Below, one piece after another: positions 58,856-64,000 of a DNA stretch of 64,000 bases (positions are counted from its first letter, which is position 1; each line of letters opens with the position of its first letter). This DNA is from Pseudomonadales bacterium (GTDB taxonomy: Bacteria > Pseudomonadota > Gammaproteobacteria > Pseudomonadales > Azotimanducaceae): positions 153-64,152 of the forward strand of contig JALZVT010000167.1 in assembly GCA_023300545.1 (NCBI GenBank), read 5' to 3'. A program made the translations under genes and the position numbers. The notes below the pieces were generated by a model. That model saw nothing but the letters and a program-made list of their open reading frames with translations, ran no database searches and had not been told where the DNA came from.

Positions 58856-60625
58856 ATGAGTTCACCCAGTTCCACTCGTAACGTTGCGCATGTGATGAAA
58901 TACATGCGCACCATTTTGGGGCCCGAGCGGAGTTTTATGTGGCTCGCTATGGTCTATGGTGTTGGCATTAGTTTGCTGAGCCTCGCAACTCCCGTGTCTG
59001 TTCAGATGCTCATTAATACTGTTGCGAACACTGGTTTGACGGCGCCCTTGGTGGTTTTAGCCGTCAGTCTGTTCGTGCTGCTGTTGCTCGCCGGATTGCT
59101 GAATGCTCTGCGTATTCATCTTATGGACGTTTATAGCCGAAGATTCTATGCGCGCATGTTGTCTGAGGTTGCGTTGCGTTCAGTATTTGCGCTCAACCCG
59201 TATTTTGATGATCAGCAGAAAGGCCCACTGTTCAATCGCTACTTCGACATCATCATTGTTTTGAAATCGCTCCCGAACCTGCTTGTTGGGGGCTTCACGA
59301 TTGTGATTCAGGCGCTGGTCGGATTTGTATTGGTGTCGTTCTACCACCCGCTATTTCTCATTTTCAACATCGTCACCATTGGTTTGGTGTGGCTGGTGTG
59401 GCTGATCTGGGGGAAAAGAGCCATCGCCAGCGCGGTCGATCTGTCTCATCAAAAACACGCTGTCGCCGCGTGGCTTGAAGATTTGGGCGCGTCCAATGGC
59501 TTCTTTAAATCAGAGCGCCATATTGCCCAGGCGCTGGATCATACGGATTCGATGACAGCCGACTATATTAAGTCGCACAAGAAGCACTTTAGAGACCACT
59601 TCAGTCAGACGCTGGTGTTTGTGCTTATTTATGCGGGTGCCAGCGCGACGTTGCTCGGGCTAGGTGGCTGGCTGGTCATCCAGGGCGAGCTTTCGCTCGG
59701 GCAGTTGGTCGCGGCTGAGCTGGTGTTGTCGGTGGTTTACTACAGTATTTCCCAGCTTGGAACCTACTTCACTTATTACTACGATCTGTGTGGCGCTGTG
59801 GATGAGCTCGCCATGTTCTATGAAGTGCCACAAGAGACCGCATCTGGCGAACATCAACCTTCCCAAGATGATGCGAGGCTTGCCTTTGTTAATGCTAAAG
59901 GCGAGGCGCGCAGTAATGTGGCTACGCTGAACCTTGAGATTCCGAGCGGCGCACGGGTGATGGCGCACACTGCCGAGCACAGCATGCAACGCATGATTAC
60001 CAATCTACTCAAACACCACAGTTTGCCCAACGCGGGTTATGTGGCCCTTGGTGGTATCGATATCCTGGGGTTGGAAGCACACACCCTTCGACAGGTGATC
60101 ATGGTTCTGGATAGGCCTAACGCGATCGAAATGACGATTCGCGATTTTCTCGAACTCTCAGCGGTTGAGCGACAGCCAGAACGAATTCTTGAGGTGATTG
60201 AAACTGTCGGTCTTGGCCCGACAGTGGCGCAGTTGGAGCTAGGGCTCGACACGCTCATCGCCATGACCGGCTGGCCGCTCGACATCACCGAGACTATGAA
60301 GCTGAAACTTGCCTCTGCAATCATCGCTCAGCCCCGGGTGCTAGTTCTGAACGAGTTGTTTGACATGATGACCGAGCAGCAGTTGTTGCGTTCACTGGAT
60401 GTGCTGCAGCAACGATGCGCGTGCACCGTGATCTATTTCTCCAATCGTAACGCGCAGCTAAATTTTGATTCCTATCTGTATTTGCGACCGGAGCAGCAGA
60501 AGTTGTACCCCACCTTTGGCGAAATGCTTGCGGCAGAAGGTGCCGAAGCTCTTGGAATGGAAGCTCTTGATTTAACGAGCGGCAAACCTGACGGACTGCC
60601 AGATGGTGCTGGAGTAAGTCGCTGA
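58856..60625 (+). CDS. ABC exporter-like protein: type-1 exporter transmembrane domain plus degenerate (pseudo-)nucleotide-binding domain
   Basis: 589 aa, similar in size and layout to PrtD/AprD-type T1SS ABC proteins (no C39 domain). The N-terminal ~310 aa are polytopic. The C-terminal ~240 aa align by eye to the HlyB NBD, but Walker A, Q-loop, signature, Walker B Asp and H-loop are all substituted. Confidence 0.75.
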   Translation: MSSPSSTRNVAHVMKYMRTILGPERSFMWLAMVYGVGISLLSLATPVSVQMLINTVANTGLTAPLVVLAVSLFVLLLLAGLLNALRIHLMDVYSRRFYARMLSEVALRSVFALNPYFDDQQKGPLFNRYFDIIIVLKSLPNLLVGGFTIVIQALVGFVLVSFYHPLFLIFNIVTIGLVWLVWLIWGKRAIASAVDLSHQKHAVAAWLEDLGASNGFFKSERHIAQALDHTDSMTADYIKSHKKHFRDHFSQTLVFVLIYAGASATLLGLGGWLVIQGELSLGQLVAAELVLSVVYYSISQLGTYFTYYYDLCGAVDELAMFYEVPQETASGEHQPSQDDARLAFVNAKGEARSNVATLNLEIPSGARVMAHTAEHSMQRMITNLLKHHSLPNAGYVALGGIDILGLEAHTLRQVIMVLDRPNAIEMTIRDFLELSAVERQPERILEVIETVGLGPTVAQLELGLDTLIAMTGWPLDITETMKLKLASAIIAQPRVLVLNELFDMMTEQQLLRSLDVLQQRCACTVIYFSNRNAQLNFDSYLYLRPEQQKLYPTFGEMLAAEGAEALGMEALDLTSGKPDGLPDGAGVSR

Positions 60626-61647
60626 TGGCTGATACTGAAAAGCATATGCACCGCTTTGAAACGTTGCATTCTATTCGTATGCCGCGCGTGATGCGGGTGG
60701 TGGGTTGGTTGTTGTCGAGCGGTGCTGTGTTGTTGGTGTTGTTTTTGACATTTGTACCTTGGGTGCAAACAACCTCAGGCGCCGGTGTAGTGATTGCGCT
60801 TGATCCTAACGATCGAGTGCAGCAGATAAACGCGCTGGTCTCCGGTCGCATTCAAGAGTGGTTTGTGCGGGACGGTACCCATGTTGCTAAAGGCGATCCG
60901 ATTGTTCAGATTGTCGACAACGACCCGCAGTTGATTGAGCGTTTGCAAGATGAGCGTGCCCAGTTCCTAAATAAGCGCCTGTCTGTTGAACAGGCTAAGG
61001 CGACGGCTGAGATTGACCGAGAACGCATGCGGGGATTATTTGAGAAGGGGTTAGTCGCACGGCGAGAATATGAGCTAGCACGCATCAAGGTGGATGGTTT
61101 GCGTGGCGATGTGGCTGAGGCGGCTGCGGCCTTGAATCGAATCGAAGTATCACTATCAAGACAGTCGGTGCAGATTATTCGGGCACCCAGAGATGGTGTC
61201 ATATTGCGTGTAAATAGCAGCAACGCTGCCACAGTTATTAGTACGGGTGATGCGTTGGCGACCTTTGTGCCTGACAACGCCGAGCGGGCCGTTGAAATAG
61301 AAATTGATGGCCGAGATGTTGCGTTGGTCACCCAAGGTGCCACAGCTAGGCTGCAGTTTGAAGGTTGGCCGGCCGTACAGTTTAGCGGCTGGCCATCCGT
61401 TTCCTTTGGTACCTTTGGGGCCAAGGTATTGGCTATTGACCCATCCGCCAATCGGGCAGGACGCTTTCGCGTGTTGCTGGGTGTGGATGCTGCTGATCCG
61501 ATCGCCTGGCCCAACAAGCGCTTTGTACGCTATGGCGCCAAGGTGCGCGGTTGGATTCAACTGGACACCGTGCCGGCAGGGTATGAGGTTTGGCGGCAGC
61601 TGAACAACTTCCCGCCCAATCTGGTCGAAGCCCCGGTGGGCATCTGA
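60625..61647 (+). CDS. HlyD-family periplasmic adaptor (membrane fusion protein), short coiled-coil type
   Basis: 340 aa. N-terminal TM (VVGWLLSSGAVLLVLFLTF), lipoyl-like half (INALVSGRIQEWFVRDGTHVAKGDPIVQI), alpha-hairpin of about 70 aa, then IRAPRDGVIL and a beta-barrel region. The start overlaps the ABC stop (TGATG). Confidence 0.85.
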   Translation: MADTEKHMHRFETLHSIRMPRVMRVVGWLLSSGAVLLVLFLTFVPWVQTTSGAGVVIALDPNDRVQQINALVSGRIQEWFVRDGTHVAKGDPIVQIVDNDPQLIERLQDERAQFLNKRLSVEQAKATAEIDRERMRGLFEKGLVARREYELARIKVDGLRGDVAEAAAALNRIEVSLSRQSVQIIRAPRDGVILRVNSSNAATVISTGDALATFVPDNAERAVEIEIDGRDVALVTQGATARLQFEGWPAVQFSGWPSVSFGTFGAKVLAIDPSANRAGRFRVLLGVDAADPIAWPNKRFVRYGAKVRGWIQLDTVPAGYEVWRQLNNFPPNLVEAPVGI

Positions 61648-61651
61648 CATC

Positions 61652-63094
61652 GTGTTTATGACCCGACGTCTGTTGTTTGTGTCGCTAGTTGCGACAGCAC
61701 TTCTCTGCAATGCCCCTAGTGTGGCTGCTCGTGACGCAGATTTGACGGCAAACGAAGTGCTGCAATCATCACTACAGCATTTCCCGCAAATTTTGCAAAA
61801 GCTGGCCCAGCGCCGGTTGGTAGCCGGTCAAGCGCTGAGCGCCGAAGGTGCCTTTGATCTGGTGTTTTCTGCAGATGGTTACTCCCGTGCAAGTGGGTTT
61901 TGGGATGGCAGAGCGTTGTCTGGAACTGCCCAGCAAGATCTGGGTCGTGGTGGCGTTAGCCTGTATGGCCAATACCGGCTGTCCGGGGGTAGCTTTCCAA
62001 TTTATGAAGACGAGTACTTCACCAATGCTGGCGGCGAATTCAAGGTGGGTGTTCTGTTCTCACTGTTACGCGACCGCTCTATCGACCAGCAACGCTTTGC
62101 ACGGCGTGATGCCGCACTTGCCGTTCGCGCGGCAGATGTGCAGGTGTTGCTGACCAAGTTGGGTGTGCAGCGACAGGCGCTTATTGCTTACTGGCGTTGG
62201 GTAACAGTAGGTAGCCAGATCAGTGTTTATGAAGACCTGTTGCGCAACGCACGCGAAAGAGAATCTGGGTTGATTGAGCAGGTACGTAGCGGCGCTCAGG
62301 CAGAGATATCGTTGACCGAAAATCGGCAGAATATTACCCGCCGCCAGGCGCTTGTTACGGCCTCCAGGCGCGAATTTGAACAGGCGGCGAATAGCCTGAG
62401 TTTCTACCTTCGCGGAGCTGATGGTGCGCCAATGCGCCCGACGGCTGCTCGATTGCCAGGTACGGCTACTGCCTTTGAAACTATTGCCGTGAACGCTATT
62501 AAATTCCCTGCAGTAGACCTTGCTCGTGCGAACCGTCCGGAGCTTCAGTTGCTCGATAATGCGATTGAGCGAACGCTGCAGCGTATTGCGCTCGACGAAA
62601 ATGCGCTAAAGCCAAAGCTGAACCTGGACGTTGGTTTTGCCAGAGACGTTGGTGGTATCGCTGAGGGTGGTCGTAGCCGTGAGGGTACAGACACTGTATT
62701 CGGGCTGGAGTTTTCGGTGCCGCTGCAACGCCGGGCTGCGAAGGGTAAGTTGCAACAAAGCAAAGCCAAGCTAGAGGTGCACCGACAAGAACAGCGGCAA
62801 CTGCAAGACGAAATCGAAATAGAGCTGCGGAACATTGTTTTGGAGCTAAACGCTGCACGCGAGCTGGCTGATTTGGCGCGATTGGAAGTAGGGCAGGCGC
62901 AAACGCTGCGCGATGCGGAACAAACGCGGTTTGAGCGTGGAGCTAGTGATTTCTTTCTGGTTAACCTGCGCGAGCAGGCTGCGGCTGATGCTCAGCGACG
63001 CCTTCTTTATGCGTTGCTTGAAGCACGGATTGCACGAACAAACTATGACGCGGCAGTGGTTGATCTTGGTCGCTTGGGGTTGGGTAAGCCTTGA
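61652..63094 (+). CDS. TolC-family outer-membrane channel protein
   Basis: About 480 aa with a signal peptide (LLFVSLVATALLCNAPSVAARD) and two-fold repeated helical/beta structure typical of outer-membrane efflux proteins. Start is GTG 61652 or ATG 61658, 4-10 nt after the adaptor stop. Confidence 0.82.
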   Translation: MFMTRRLLFVSLVATALLCNAPSVAARDADLTANEVLQSSLQHFPQILQKLAQRRLVAGQALSAEGAFDLVFSADGYSRASGFWDGRALSGTAQQDLGRGGVSLYGQYRLSGGSFPIYEDEYFTNAGGEFKVGVLFSLLRDRSIDQQRFARRDAALAVRAADVQVLLTKLGVQRQALIAYWRWVTVGSQISVYEDLLRNARERESGLIEQVRSGAQAEISLTENRQNITRRQALVTASRREFEQAANSLSFYLRGADGAPMRPTAARLPGTATAFETIAVNAIKFPAVDLARANRPELQLLDNAIERTLQRIALDENALKPKLNLDVGFARDVGGIAEGGRSREGTDTVFGLEFSVPLQRRAAKGKLQQSKAKLEVHRQEQRQLQDEIEIELRNIVLELNAARELADLARLEVGQAQTLRDAEQTRFERGASDFFLVNLREQAAADAQRRLLYALLEARIARTNYDAAVVDLGRLGLGKP

Positions 63095-63154
63095 GTCTCG
63101 CTGGCTTTAAGCGGGTCTGAAGGTTAGGTCTCGACACAACGATTCAAGCCGAGT

Positions 63155-63793
63155 TTATTCAATTTCTGTTTTCTGCTTGTATTCGCATAAGTCTTCGATG
63201 ATGCAGCTTCCGCAGCGCGGGGTTCTTGCCACGCACACGTAGCGACCGTGCAAAATTAGCCAGTGATGCGCGTCGCGTAGGAACTCCTTGGGTGTTAGTC
63301 GAATCAATTTGTCTTCGACTTGGCGCACTGTCTTTCCCGGTGCTAAACCTATGCGGTTGCTCAACCGATAGATGTGCGTGTCAACCGCCATAGTGGGTTC
63401 GCCAAATGCGGTATTCAGCACGACGTTGGCGGTTTTTCGACCGACGCCGGGTAAGGCCTCTAAAGCCTCGCGGTTGTTGGGCACAACACTATCGTGTTCT
63501 GAGATCAAAGCCTTACAGGTTTTGAGCACATTGGCAGCTTTGGTGTTGTACAGACCAATGGTTTTGATGTGGTTCTTGAGGCCTTTTAAACCCAATTTCA
63601 GAATGGCTTCGGGGGTGTTGGCTTCTTTGTATAGCGTGGCTGTTGCCTTGTTGACACTCACATCGGTGGCCTGAGCAGACAGAATGACTGATATGAGCAG
63701 CTCGAACACGCTGTCGTATTCTAACTCGGTGGTTGGGTTCGGATTGGCTGCCTGCAGGCGAGCGAAGATCTGTACGCGTTTATCTTTATTCAT
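63155..63793 (-). CDS. nth: Endonuclease III
   Basis: 212 aa. HhH-GPD motif LPGVGRKTANVVLN and the 4Fe-4S cysteine cluster CVARTPRCGSCIIEDLC. Confidence 0.95.
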   Translation of the reverse strand: MNKDKRVQIFARLQAANPNPTTELEYDSVFELLISVILSAQATDVSVNKATATLYKEANTPEAILKLGLKGLKNHIKTIGLYNTKAANVLKTCKALISEHDSVVPNNREALEALPGVGRKTANVVLNTAFGEPTMAVDTHIYRLSNRIGLAPGKTVRQVEDKLIRLTPKEFLRDAHHWLILHGRYVCVARTPRCGSCIIEDLCEYKQKTEIE

Positions 63794-63804
63794 GATCTGT
63801 ATTC

Positions 63805-64000
63805 ACTGGTTAGCTCAGGTGTCGTTCTTTGGTTGAGTTGACCGAGTTCCTAGTAGCCATTTGCCTAAGGCGAGCAAAATTCCGGCAACCAGAAATGCAC
63901 CCGGTGGCGTGCGCAGTATGCCCAGTCGCCAGGACGGCGCGAGTACGGTGATGCCCTTATCGCTGCCAAGAGATCCAAGCAGATCATCGGTGTTAGCAAA
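63805..64000 (-). CDS. rnfE: Electron transport complex subunit RnfE/RsxE, C-terminal part (truncated by window edge)
   Basis: The open minus-strand frame reads ...FANTDDLLGSLGSDKGITVLAPSWRLGILRTPPGAFLVAGILLALGKW... and ends at TGA (63807-63805). The PPGAF segment and the position upstream of nth are typical of rnfE. This ORF is not in the track because its start lies outside the window. Confidence 0.6.

Noticed and set aside
60321-61710. Minus-strand ORFs of 176, 203 and 184 aa opposite the ABC-like and HlyD genes
   Set aside because: They show no domain signatures and overlap each other. The plus-strand genes have coherent TM, coiled-coil and barrel features and are translationally coupled.

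Overview
This window looks like ordinary core chromosome from a moderately GC-rich gammaproteobacterium. Gene order and protein features resemble Pseudomonas-like or marine Cellvibrionales/Pseudomonadales-type genomes; I cannot place it more precisely. I support about 46 protein-coding genes, densely packed and often translationally coupled. In order they are: a complete cytochrome c maturation operon ccmABCDEFGHI; a GntR/FadR-type regulator; smc-zipA-ligA; an SLT-like lipoprotein; a PQQ-type sugar dehydrogenase; dinG; a pitrilysin-like M16 peptidase; a glycine-zipper protein, a PepSY-like protein and a PhoPQ-like two-component module; a large DUF349 protein; two tandem acyl-CoA dehydrogenase-family genes plus an alpha/beta hydrolase; an MscS-family channel; a TonB-dependent receptor with a penicillin/AHL-acylase-family gene; class Ia ribonucleotide reductase nrdAB with recognisable NrdR and DnaA boxes; glpK; two c-di-GMP genes, one a 1343-aa PilZ-like/DUF1631-like/GGDEF/EAL fusion; argF and argD; grxD; rnt; argG; a zinc-ribbon hypothetical protein; murI; a three-gene ABC-like/HlyD/TolC operon; nth; and the 3-prime end of rnfE. 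I saw no rRNA, tRNA, CRISPR array, transposase, integrase or phage genes. The most unusual locus is the tripartite exporter-like operon at 58856-63094. Its ABC component keeps the exporter transmembrane domain and the nucleotide-binding-domain (NBD) scaffold, but every ATP-binding and hydrolysis motif appears degenerate by eye. Other points worth a second look are the PilZ-like/DUF1631-like/GGDEF/EAL protein, a small family of near-identical palindromic hairpins at gene ends, and the long nrdA leader with a perfect palindrome between nrdA and nrdB. All calls come from reading the translations and DNA by eye; no database search was run.
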